A stretch of 64,000 bases of DNA from Trichosphaerium sp. ATCC 40318 (taxonomy: Eukaryota; Protista; Tubulinea). Numbering within the stretch: position 1 is the first letter of the stretch; each line of letters starts with the position of its first letter. The notes under the pieces are model-generated. The model saw only the letters and a program-made list of their open reading frames with translations, did no database searches and was not told where the DNA came from. The translations under genes and the position numbers were made by a program. Of the stretch, positions 47,737-59,967 are shown piece after piece. The stretch spans positions 186,001-250,000 of the forward strand of contig JALMLS010000578.1 of assembly GCA_038496445.1 (NCBI GenBank). The letters are read 5' to 3'.

Positions 47737-50700
47737 TTAGTTCACACCACGTTTATGTGCCATCTCAGAACCAGGTTGTAGTAGAGGTGCGAGATCCTAA
47801 AGGAAGAAAAAAAATAAGCCTTCCGGATAGTCTACAAGCAAACAAAAACGAAAAGAAAGCGAAAAAAAAAAAAGAAGAAAGAAGAAAAATATTAAACAAC
47901 ACGTACCATCTCAAATGTTGTTTCCAACATCTTAACAACACGAAGTGCAAGTCTCTCAACATTTTGATTACTGTCTTCCATAAGCTCATGAATATATTGT
48001 GCACTCTCAGGTAACATAGGCAAAAAGTCTGTCTGTAAACGAGTGTATAACTCTTCCATTGTTCGCAATGCAGCAAAACGAACAATAGCAACCTTGTTCC
48101 TTGTGTGATACAACACTTGATGATTAAGAGGCTAGAGAGAAAGAACAACATCAGTAAAAAAGAAAGGAATACGTAGTCACGTGATAAAAAATAGCATACC
48201 TTCCATAGCTCTTCTTGTCCAACACTAACAGCAAGTTGAACAATAGTTGGAATAACAGAATCTTCAACACGTTCTTGATACATTTTACGGCTACCAACCT
48301 CTACAGCTACAAGCTGTTTCATCAAACAAGGTAGTACTCTAAAAGGAAACATAAGTAAACCGAAAAAAAATAGACCCTGTAAGGTCATCCGAGCAAGAAA
48401 AAAAAAAAAAAACTTACTGTTCGAAGGTATCATGTTCAACCGTCTGGAATCTGAACATCTCGTGTAACGCCTTCAACATTGATGTAACAAGTGCGCTTGA
48501 TTGTACACGTTGCTTCTTGTCCAAAGACTCCTCGTGAGGTAGTATAGGATCTGAGAGAACGGACAATATATCCGCCATGAAGTATGCAAAGTATGGTATA
48601 AATATTGCTCTTAGTTTTGTAGTCAATGCAGCAACAACATGGTAGAATGAAATCTTCCTTTGTGTTGACTCCTGTGTTGGCGCTTTGTTTCCTTTTGTTC
48701 CAATAGCTCTTTGTTTTGTACATCCCCATGAACAAAGGTTCAAGAAGAGAGGTCTGAAGACCTCCTCGTTCAAGCGCATCGACTAGAAAAAAGTAAGAAA
48801 AAAACTGAGAAACACTCATGTTTGCAACGCACAAGTTTGAGAAGAGAATCGATTGCAGCAGCTTCGACACGTGCTACAGCTTTGGTATTGTCTCCTTGTA
48901 CGCTGAGAGCATCCAAGTGAAGAGCCCACATGTCTTTGTAGTGCTTCATAACAAGTTTTTGATCTGCCTTTTGAGCAAGGTTTGCAGAGATTCCTAACAA
49001 TGAGCAAACACCCTAAAGAACATCAAGTCAGTTTTTGCTTCTTCAACAACTTTGTGATCAACTAGTGACGTACATCTAAGTTTCCTTGTGCAGCAACCTC
49101 CTTGATTGTATCTTGAAGAGGTCCAATGACTTGTCTTAAAGATAATGTGGTTGCTAATGTATGCAAAATACTTGTAGCAATAGAATGTTGATCTTGACTT
49201 GCAACAATAGAAGGTGAGATCAGTAATCGTAGCATACGCTGTGTATGCGCTGATAAGAACTTGCAAAGTTCTTTAACTACGACTCTTATAGATGCCAAAA
49301 CAGATAATTGAGCGAGAGATTCGTCTAAAGACAAAAAAGTAAGCAAAAACTTCAGAACAAAAAAAAAAAAAAAGAAAAGTTATCCTTACCGCCTTCCTCA
49401 ACACCACGTTGAAGCCTGTCCAACATTTGTGGGAAGAATCCATTAACAAGAGGCAAGCACTGTATTTTGAGGGTTGCAGATGTAGTAGCCAAAGCAACGA
49501 ACAACGAACAAGCCAAAGCGTCTGGACATTCGCCTTTAAGTTTTTGAGCAAGAGCTTTTCCGAGATTAAGAATAGTTCTCCTGTGAGCGTCATTGGTGCC
49601 TACGCCTCTAATGATAAGCTCAATAGAGACAACAGCGTGTTGGGCCTTTGTTAAGGCGGTAGCATCACCACTTTCTGCATCAACAAGGGTCAAGAAGCCT
49701 TTAGCTGCTTCGACAAGAAGAGTTGTTTGATGGTCTGGTAACTTGCTAAAATCGAGGACACCATCCTTTGTCATGGAGCCCATACGCTCGTCGAATAGAT
49801 TGAATGCTTTCTTGGCTATAAGAGGGTCTTTACTCTTTACTAGCTTGGTGATTTGGCGGACAAATGGTGTCAAGTCGAGGAGATGATTGATTCTATCTAA
49901 AGCTATCCAAGCTTTTTTGGCAATTTCTCCTTTGTATCTCAGTGCAATTTGTACTACGTTTGAGAATAGTCCTTGGTACTTTGGTTGAAGTGCTGATTGC
50001 TGTTGTGATACCAAAGATTTTAAAAATCTAAGGAGACTCATGAGTACGTAATACGCAAAAAAGTTCGAAGAAAGTTATTTTTTTCTTGAATGATTTTTTT
50101 GTGGGCTCAGAAAATGGATGGCTTTTTTCTTCATTGAAGAACTCGTATGACAACGAAGTGTTAACATCATAGCGCAAAAAAATAAGGTGATATTCTGGAA
50201 GAGAAAAGAATAACAAAGCATGTGTTTTGGGTTTCAATAAAACGTACACATTAGAGTTGAGGTAGTTGCTCAAAAATTGGAAAGTGTGGATGAGCATATT
50301 GAACATGACTCGTCTCTTTTTCTTTTCAAGCATCTAAGAGACACATATAAGTATACTGTTAATAATCCAAACAACTTAGAAGACCCACAGAGGTCTACAT
50401 TTCGGCCAAGACAAAAAACTATAAAAAAAGCTGAAAGGTACCTTTGATATCTTTGCAGAGTTGAAAGGATGCTCGCTTGGCAAGTACTGGTTGCATACTT
50501 TTACAATCCAATGTTTACCTTCTTTATTTGGTTTAAGACAAGCTGTTATATCAGTAATAGCTTCCAAGAATATATTTGGTTTCTAGAAAAGAATCAACAA
50601 AACGCTCAACGAAGAAACAAAAAAAAAATGAAGAAAAAAAAATTACCTGTTTCCCGCAGAGAAGATCAAGAAGCTCAGTATATTTTGACTGATCAGATGA

Positions 50701-53700
50701 AGTAGGCTTAACTTCAGGCTGACAAAGAGGATGTAAAAATATTTGTATCAATAGAACAGGAAAGTATCGACGTGTTGGCATAGCTAAACAACAAAAAGTT
50801 AATTCAAAGAATCTTGAAAACAAAATCTCATTTCGTACCTTGGAGTAACGTGCTGAAAAGTAACAGTCTTCTGTGTACTGGAATAGTATCCATCTTTCTT
50901 ACCCATTCCCACATGAGTCCTTTTGCATCCATACCAGCTGCAACCATCTGAGGTACAATTTGTTTGATTGTCTTCTTTAATACCAAGAAAGTATAATAAT
51001 CATCAGACTGAATAGAAGAAGCTCCCATGAATGAGAAAATAGGGAATATGTGAGCCATAACTTCGGAAGGTAATACACCTCCAACAGCGCTTAGACAAAT
51101 CAAAGCTGTATTCTGTAGAGCTGGGCTGTTCGTTGAAGATGAGATTGCTCTGACAATGACTTCAACATTGACATGTTCTTTTTTAATTTCTTTCGGAGGT
51201 GTAGCCTCTATAAACCTTGCCATGCATGATAGAATACTCGACTTGATTGGTACCGTACTTGCCTCTATAAAAAACACTGTTAGAGTCTTTTCAACAGTTA
51301 AGAAAAATAGAACAAACCTTTTGAAAGCAAGAGAACGTCCAAAAGTTTTGTGAGTGTTTGAAGAAGAAGTTTGTTGTTTGTGTGTTTTTCACGCTCTTCT
51401 AGGGTTAGAAGGATAGATGCTAGTCCTCTCAAGTGACCCTTAAGAGTATTATTCGTTACACCTTCTTCTGTTTGAACACGCTTGTTATGAGGTGAATCTG
51501 TATCAAGAATATGTCGAAGAGAACTCTCAATATTCTTCAAACAAGATAACAGTTTGATTGCATCTATCTTGCAAATAAAGCGAAGACATGCCTTCTTTAC
51601 ACTGTAAGGAGGTGGAATACGAAGCAACGAGCAGATTGAAGTCAAAATCTTGACTTTGAATGAGTCAGAAAGAGCATCAAAAATAGCATCACTTGAAACA
51701 TGATCAGCAATGACTTGAGAAAGCATCATGCCGCCATTTGTGCTTGATAATCTAAAGATGTATATCAGATATGGCTGTTGAACCTTTGTATAGCGTACAA
51801 TGAGAGTAATGCAGATTGGACTGCTTGAGCTTTGTTCGATGAAAACACTGAAGCATCAAGACTTTCAATGACAACTTTCCATTCGGCATAAACATCATCT
51901 GATAGCTCTGCTTTCCCCTTAAAGTCCTTAACGAGTACTTTCTGGATATGCTTCAAATAAGGTAGTAATATACTGGCCTTATTAGCATGGTTCGCTGCCT
52001 TGACACTTGACAACAATACAGCCTAAACAAACCAGGTCAGAATACTTTTGTTGACAATATTCAAAAAAAAGGAGGAACCTTTGCAGGTGCAGATGTGACG
52101 CGATGACAAGCTTCTGTGACAATAAAGGCGTATACTTTATCCCTAGATTATATTAAGCACTTTTCAAAGCTATATCTAAAAGTGGTGTAGAAGAGCGTAC
52201 ATAATATCTGGGTATTCGTTTGCAAATGTAGTAAAGAAAGTGGCAGTGTAGTTTTTGTACTCCAAGAAAGAACGCTTTTGGTTTCCAATACTAGCCATAA
52301 GCTCAACGAGATTACTGTCGATCTTATCATCATTTGTGTCAATGCTAGAAAGCAAAGATACCATACATTCAAGAGCTCCACCACGAACTTCTTTGTTCTC
52401 TGAAGAGATAGAAAATAGAAGCGGAGGGACTAGCGTGTTTACGACCTTTGGGTGGTATGAAGATGGTACACAACATACGTATACTGATAGTATTTGTTGT
52501 ACACGTCTTACAACTGTTGTAAGCTCTGCAAAGAAGTCAGAAAGAACCACGTGTTTAAGCAGTAAAGAAAAGAAAAAAGAGCTAACTTACCGCCATCGTA
52601 AATAAAGGAGGCCAAAAAAGTTAGGCTCTCCACGCCAAGACCAGTTAAGATTGTATTAATTGGTCTCAAGAATGGTTGAATACGACTGAAAGAACCCAAT
52701 AAATTAACGAAAATGCGGTTGTATGCTTCGAGAACCTGAAAAAAATAAGAAAAGGAAACATCACGTTCATTTTTAAGTTGATTGTGTCGTACCTTTGCAC
52801 CATTGCCCATCGTTTTATATACTTGAAGAACTTGATCCAAAATAGCTAGGTTAACTGCAATGACACTTGCGGCATCGTGTTGAGCACGCCAGCCAGACAT
52901 ACTCTGCCTAGACACCAAAGTTAAAAATCGGATAGACTTACTTAAACAGGAAAAAAATTATGAAAGTTGGTATTTGTATGTACCAGAATACTTCAAAATT
53001 CCAGTTTGCAATGCCTCTAGCATCAGCAAGTGGTATATGTGGTAAATCTGGAATCTCAGGTCTATGACGAATGATACCAGCCAATAATTTTGTGATTATT
53101 AAATTTCCCAAAACATCTTGGCTGTCAATCTTTGCCAATAGACCAGTAGCGATAAGCACAGCAATAGGAGCGTGTTGACCGACTTGCAGTATAGTCTTGG
53201 CAATATCTGCTTTTTGATTACTTCTGATAGATGTCGTGATATTTGATACGAGTTTGTTATTAACCTCCATTAGAGATCCTTTCAATGAGAGTCCTGGAAG
53301 TTTATTACAGATACCTTGTTGAGGTAAAAGTCCATAAGCAGCCTTGCACGTTTTGGAATACTATCGACAAGAGGTAAGAAATGTAGAAAAGAAAAGAACT
53401 TGAGTGAGAGAAAGCGAGAAAAAAGTATTTGATTGCCGTTTTAACAAAAAGTTTCTTATTACCTCCTTGCTGTAAGGTAGGAACTTGAGAACGGCAGCAA
53501 GTCTGAGTTCATGTTGAGATTCTGCGTTGACATAGAGGGAAAGTAATTTTGCTGTAGTGGCGTCTGGGAGTACTAAAAAAACAAAACTATGTCAGCCAAA
53601 ACTATTCACAACTCAAGTTCATGCAGTTCTACGTACCAGTTGATTCCTTAGACCCCAAATCAAGTAATTCACGCGCTTCAGCCACTAGGTCAACATTGGT

Positions 53701-55994
53701 TGCATTGGTTATAATAGCTTTAATATCTTTGAATGCCAAAACAACATCAATTGTTGATGAGTCTCCACTTGAGAAAATCTCAGAAACACCTGTTGCCATC
53801 AAATCTTTGAGCTAAAAAGAAGGTTACCAAAAAATGCATTGTAATAACGAGTGTATATATATATATTAGAGTGCGTTGCACGTGGGTTTTTACCTTATCA
53901 GATGAGTTGTAGACTTTGTGTAAGTGATTGATTGCATTGAATCTTGTTTGTTTATCCTTCGATTTTAAGCTGAGCAAAAGACTTGTTTCTTGTCCTTTAG
54001 CGACACCTTGCATAACAAGCTGATGTCTTGTGCCCTGTAATATAGGTTCACATCGCTTTACAAGACCTTCTTTACGAGCTACAAGACCACTAATAGCTGC
54101 ATCCATCAAATCGCTGCACTTATCATCAAGAACTACCATTACTTGTTGTAACGCTTGTGTTTGTGTATCTGTAGGCTCTTCTAGTATCAAAAAGCTATTG
54201 ATGAGCTCATGAGCAGTGTCTTCAACGAGATTAGGATCACATTGGTTCGATATGCACTCAGAAAGTCGAGCAGAAGTCAAAAGTTGTGAAAGCGCTGAAC
54301 CGAACACAGGAGTTGCACTAAATGATTTTTGAGTACTGGAGGGACTAAGCAAGAGTATTTCTTGTCAACGTACGCGTTGCTTGATAAGAAAGAAACGTAG
54401 TACTCAAGGAACGTTGATATATCATAATTTTGCATAGAGAGTCGCTCTAATGATGAAACCAAGCCGCTTTAATTTGTCATCAGAAAAGAAAACAAAAAAA
54501 AATCTTATCGTCTTTCAACGTACCCCCAAGTGTTTACAATTGTCTTATGTGACTCTTCTGGGATTTTGACATTCTAAAGAAAATGTTAATTTCAATTTCG
54601 AGTTTAATACATGGTCACAGAAGGATGATATTTTGAAGCAAAAAAAAGTCAAAGAACGTACCTTATTGTTTGCAAATAAAATACATATGACCTTAAGAAG
54701 CTGTGTGCGTGCTCCCTTTGGACAACCAACAATAGCTAAACCGATCAAAGGCCCTACTATCGCTCCTTTGACATGATGGAAGCAAGCTAAGACGACTAAT
54801 GATCCAGTGAAAAAGTCTTTGCTTCCAGATTTTAAACCCTAAAGTGTATGAGTTAGCTTTGCTGAAAACAATTTTTAATGCTGTTAAAAACTTACCTTGG
54901 CGAGACTAGGGAGTACTCTACGGACAATATTATCCTTTAATTGCGAAGAAACATTAGCTGCACGTGTTCTGTGTACAACACATGAAGCAATTGTAGAATG
55001 GAAAGATTGTAAAGCGCCATATAATGCATCCTCAACTGAAGCTTTTTCTACCTAATAGATTTGTTTTAATAAATAATTTTTTTGGTTGATATTAATAATA
55101 ACACTTGAACAGAAAGAGACAATACAAAGCACGTGGATAGAAAGTCCATAAAAGGTAAAAAAAAAATTCAAAAAAATCATAAAAGGTAGTTCACGTACAG
55201 CCTCACAAATGAATGTCAAAAGTCCTGGGTTACGTAAAGAAGCGTCTATAAAAGTCTTTCGAGGTGGTGGAACACCGTCATTTTGTACTTTCTTCAAGAA
55301 ACCCCAGTGTGGACCAGCACTATTAATCAAAAAAATGACTTAGTTTGGAAAAAAAAAAAAAACAAATAAACAAATGCGCTTGATAGCTAATCACATAATC
55401 CATTAAATGTCACATTTTTGTCCATAGTGATTTTACGTACCGTGTTAAATCTACTAAGCGTAATACTTTGACGAATAGCTTTGTTTGATGGTAAGGCATT
55501 ACAGACTGAATAACGAGGTCTGGATTGTACTCGAATATTCTAAATGGATGTTTAGGTGGCGTATAGTGAGAAAGGAGGAGTGTAAACAAAAAAGTCTTTA
55601 AAACTTTGTTCTCTTTTGATTATTAAATGACGCCGTACCTGTATTGGCGTATCAAGTACTCAAACACTGTGTGTGCCGCTGTCAGAAGAAAAAATGGTGA
55701 AAGAAGTGTCATGAATCTCGTTAGTTTTTTGTCTAAGCTTGCGTTCTCTTCATCGAGTTGTAGCTCTCTTTTGTAATTTACGCTTTGTTGGCTGAATAAC
55801 GTTGTTTCAAACTCTCCAAGCCTAGGGTCGTTCTTTCTAAGCTTTTGAAGCGATCCTTTGGCCATGACAAGTAAATTTTCTGCAGAGAAGCGAGCAGCAT
55901 CTACTTTTGAGAATATCAATGATTTACGCGCTTTAATGCTCCTGTCGGAAACATTTCCCTTTTTTCTCAATTGTCTAGCTAGAGAAGTAGACAT
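47737..55994 (-). CDS. UTP10: U3 snoRNA-associated protein 10 / HEAT repeat-containing protein 1, many exons
   Basis: N-terminus MSTSLARQLR...SLIFS...LSPFFLLTAAHTVFEYLIRQYR, PYHQTKLFVK. C-terminal BP28CT region RLNEEVFRPLF, LRAIFIPYF, FLPMLPESAQYIHELMED. Confidence 0.93.
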
Positions 55995-56154
55995 GTTGAA
56001 ATTATAGTTGTATTATGTTGTATTATTCTGTGTGCGCGTCTAGGCAATCATTTGAAACTGAGAAATTAGTAACAAAAAAAAAAGCCTAAAAAACTGCACG
56101 CAAAAATAAAAAGGTCGCGTATTTTCTTATAGACCCGCACAACGTTTCAGCGTT

Positions 56155-57018
56155 ATGACGGATAAAGAAGAAGACTCTTCAGCGTCGCTGGGTGACTCAA
56201 CGACGTCCAGTCCGAAAACTAATGTAAAACAGGCAAAAGGTATTAAAAGTGTTTGTATTAGCGTTAACGCTCTCTTTAGATTACATTAAAAAAGGAAAAG
56301 GTACCTGTTGTTAGGTTTGTTAGGTTTGTGTAATGATATCCTGTTCAGTTATTGTATTCTTCAAAGCAACAGGCAACGCGCCCGTTATGAAACAAAAAAA
56401 ATTCTTTCTGAGAGCATCAGCCAATTTTCATACTATTACTACCTTCTTGAGGGGCCAGTTGAAATATAACGCAGAGGAACCATTGGTACGAATTTATTTA
56501 TTTATCCACCTTCATTAGGCCGATACACGCCTTCAAACATCTCTATGGGTAAACAACGAATCCCTAACGCCTTTTTTTTTTCATTAACTTCGCACAATTT
56601 CAAGAGCGAGTCACGTTATTGAAAGTGCCCATACATCATCTCTTTTGCGTATATTGACATGACACCTTAGTACCTATTTGTCAACAGTACATTTCAACCG
56701 AATCCGGATCAAACTATTTCTGACCTATTCCACGTACGTCAACTACAACCTGTCGTTATTATGCCGTGTTTTCATGTTTGTCTATTGAAAAAAGCAAAAA
56801 AGAAAAACATTTTCTTTCTTGAAGAAGGCGTTTTTATTCACTCTCTATCAAGTGTTTCCACAACAACGGTAAGCTCGTAGTGAATTATTGTACAACAGCC
56901 GCATGGTACGAGTCTTTGGAAAAGAGGAAAACAGACTTCTTTTAATTTTTTTTTCGATGTTTTTTTTCCTCTTGTAATAAAAAACCCAAAAAGTCGCTCA
57001 TACTCAGCTAGGGGCTAA
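56155..57018 (+). CDS. ATG12: Ubiquitin-like autophagy protein ATG12, several small exons
   Basis: KVIVFFKATGNAPVMKQKKF...FLRGQL...LYLFVNSTFQPNPDQTISDLF-CFHNNGKLVVNYCTTAAWG*. The terminal WG is completed by splicing to a micro-exon at about 57012-57018. Confidence 0.93.
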
Positions 57019-57032
57019 ACCGTCGATCATTT

Positions 57033-57620
57033 CTACACGACAGCTAACTCAATGAGTGCTGTGTGCGTTATTACCCAACAAACCTGTACAAAATTAAATA
57101 AACGCTTCCTAGTCCATTCTGTCTACATTGTATGCGTTAAAACGTACCACAAATAAGCCCATAGATGTCATTAGACCTTCCATCATTAATTCTCTGCTTT
57201 CGTCAGGATCAGAGCCAATATCGCTTGAATCTGAGTAACGTGACGTAACTAGCCAAGATACGGCAATATTTGCGGAAGCAAATCTAAAATACGTTAAAAC
57301 GCAACTCTGATACGCTAAGGGGAGCTTACACGAGTATTGGTGATGCTCCACTAAGTTGTAATACACCGCATACAATACCAGCGATTAGTCCTAGAATTTG
57401 TCTTATCCAGTGTATGAGCGTCTTCAAGCTTTCTTTATTCATTGCTTTTATTGATACTGTACCGTGACACTCACAACACGAAAAAAACAGAAAAATTTCA
57501 ACAGATTTCAATTGACGCCTTGCTTGCTATTGTGACGGAATAATAATCAGTGAGAGTTATTCAATACTACCAACGGTTACTCGAGATATTTAACAGACGA
57601 AAGAAATTGTCTACGCGCAT
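57033..57620 (-). CDS. RAB5IF: Rab5-interacting family protein (RAB5IF/C20orf24/OPTI); start approximate
   Basis: IHWIRQILGLIAGIVCGVLQLSG...ELMMEGLMTSMGLFVVCWVITHT matches the family pattern WxRQ...GxxxG..L.G...ELxxEGxxxSxxLF...W. Confidence 0.8.
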
Positions 57621-58009
57621 GCCTTTTTGCCTGTAAACGATCTATGCGAGCCCATATAGCGTCAGGAACCACCAACACGAAGTTAAGCAGGAATACTGAG
57701 ATTGTAAAAGAAGTGACGAGAACATCCTATCCGCGTATCATTACGTTGGTGGGGTTAGATTTTAGCTGACAGTTGTTAAAGGGGTTGTTGTATAAAAGCT
57801 CGTCTATACTAGTACGTTTGTGAGCGGTGCGTTGACATTGCGTTTATGACTGTTTTCAGTGTTTCAGTGACGTTTCGGTTTAAAAAACGTGATCTAGCGG
57901 TTATACCTAGCTAACCCGTTTACATCCTCTTTAGTTCTACATTCAACATTTCTACGCGCGTTCGATGTGTTGCTACCCTTGTTTACACGTTTTACGGTAG
58001 ATGAATCTC

Positions 58010-58410
58010 TTTAGCGCCAATGCCGTCCAGATGTCATTGTTGTGTTCGCTTCCTTTAGTACTACGCGTTTACGTTGCGTTCAAGTGATTTAGAACTGATT
58101 TTCCGCTACTAAAAACTATGGTTCGTATGCGCAACATGAATTGTTCGAGAAGTGTTTGCGTTGTCACATAGTTGCGTCTGCGCCTGTTGTTGCATCAACT
58201 CGAATTCCACGTATTCTCAAAATCACATACAATGGTTAACACGACCTCATGTCTTCGTTATATGAGGGTTTGAGACATCCCACAATTTATTTCTTGGATA
58301 ACATTTGTTGTTTAAAAGTATTTTTGGATTATCCTATTATCAGGACGGCCATCCATCGTTAACGATTGATGATCCCCTCTAAAATGTATTCTTCTTGTTA
58401 AGAATTTGTT
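58010..58410 (-). mobile_element. Degraded Merlin/IS1595 (ISXO2-like) DDE transposase relic
   Basis: In order on the minus strand, across frameshifts: EYILEG-SSIVNDGWPS (consensus I.PGS.I.SDGW.AY), VNH, VDATTGA (consensus VDP.TG.HTN), and NDIW near the end. Confidence 0.65.
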
Positions 58411-58419
58411 GTACATTGC

Positions 58420-58650
58420 AGTGACTCCGAACTTTCAGCGCAGGCTTATAATGTTTGAGGACTTTTCGGTATGTGGTGCATACCGTAGGTCACCATTGCA
58501 ATTTCGTACATTTCGGTGCCTTCTGCCTTATGTTCGAGGGCTTCAGTGTGGTGGTGCACACTGTTGTCGTGCAACGAGTTCCTAACATGTCGTACCTTTC
58601 GGTTCTGCCGTAAGTGTACGAGGACTTCAGCGCGGTGGTGCGCACTGTGG
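58420..58650 (-). repeat. Three diverged about-80-bp tandem units, each with a conserved hairpin
   Basis: Hairpins at 58467-58485, 58544-58563 and 58628-58647, each next to GAGG(A/G)CTT. TCGTAC-TTTCGGT-TCTGCC is shared between two units. Confidence 0.8.
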
Positions 58651-58887
58651 TCCATATGGAGTGTAGTAACAGTTGGGGTTCATCTGATCGTTAATTGTTT
58701 TTTTGAATTGAAAAGAAATATCAAGGTTTCTCTGCTTGCTGTGAATATCTTGTTAATCATCTCAGCCCTTTTGCTTACATGACTATGTGTTACTTGATTG
58801 TTCATTTAAAAAGTTGTTACATAATACAATCTGAAATAGCAGAAAAAGACACGTGGTAGTAAGTAGCTTGTAAATAGAAAATTTCAC

Positions 58888-59967
58888 TCAGTACAATCAA
58901 ATACCCACGATGATACTGATTTTGAATAACTGAATTTGGATCTGGCTGCTTATAATCGTCATGGGCGACAACAAGTAGCTATAGTATGATATCATCAAAC
59001 GGATGCATTCTACAGCTACTGTTGCTAAGTTAGGCTGAAGCTCAAGATGTGAACTAACGTCTTTTTATTAACCACTGGTTGCAATCAGAAAACACTGTTA
59101 CTACAAAAACTACAAGGTGAGGGCAACGAACAATTTATTATAGTTGAAGAAACCAACGGCGGTTACTCAGTTTTTAGGACAATCGCTTGGAATCTAATTT
59201 AAACAAGTTAGTGGAAGCCTATTGATAAATGGGCTAACATGTTTTACCTTAAATATGGCTTCTGTTGGTGTGGGCAAGGTGTTAACAACAGCGATGCTGG
59301 TATCAACTTCACCATCTATTGTAGTAACAATAGAAGCGATGTCACCGTCACGTGTTGTAACAGTTGTAACAATAGTTTGATCGTCATCAACACACTTCAC
59401 AGTCCATTTTTTTCCATCCTAATAACAGATGGAAGATGAGAAACACGTGTTTCAAACTGAACAAACTGAACAAAAAAGACTGTTGAAAAGAACTGAAACA
59501 TACCTGAACCCAAGGAGGACACTGAGGACCTTCTGTTGTAGGTTGAATCCTTGGATAATGACATTCTCCTTGTTCAAACTCCCATGTACGTTTCTAATAC
59601 TGGTAAGGAACAACAAACTTATAAGCACTAGAAGAAAATCCTACAAAGTACAAAAAAAAAAAAGATGCCGTACAACTGTGCGTTTTGCCACGACAATTCT
59701 TGAACATGGAATCCCATTACTATAACCTCTGTAAGCTTGAATAATACATTAGAGAGTGATATGAACGAACTATATTCGCAATAAACGTACAAATCTAACA
59801 TTTTTGTTAGGCAAACGCATAAAAGCTATTGAGATATCTGATGTGTTGCCACGAAACGTCGCTTGTCCTTCGAAAGATACTTGGTCGAATCCAGGTGGAA
59901 AAGGGTAAAATAGGGCTGAAGATACAGCTATGAGACTAAGTAAGATAATTAGTGATGACACTTGCAT
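58888..59967 (-). CDS. Secreted protein, multi-exon (ependymin-related/LolA-like fold possible); 3' end approximate
   Basis: Signal MQVSSLIILLSLIAVSSA, beta-rich exons with spaced Cys, and a P...FKV motif near the end. Confidence 0.45.

Noticed and set aside
47765-48439. 224-aa hydrophobic ORF and similar Phe/Lys-rich ORFs across the window
   Set aside because: Read-through of poly-T/poly-A introns within UTP10 and other spliced genes, not real membrane proteins.
57640-57760. 5S rRNA-like GAAGTTAAGC
   Set aside because: Only a 10-mer matches; the rest lacks 5S sequence and helices, and it lies in the RAB5IF upstream region.
58440-58650. CRISPR array or hammerhead/HDV ribozyme call for the tandem hairpins
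   Set aside because: Repeats are diverged, inter-hairpin segments are homologous to each other, and no cas genes are present. No exact CUGANGA core or consistent HDV nested pseudoknot across the three units.
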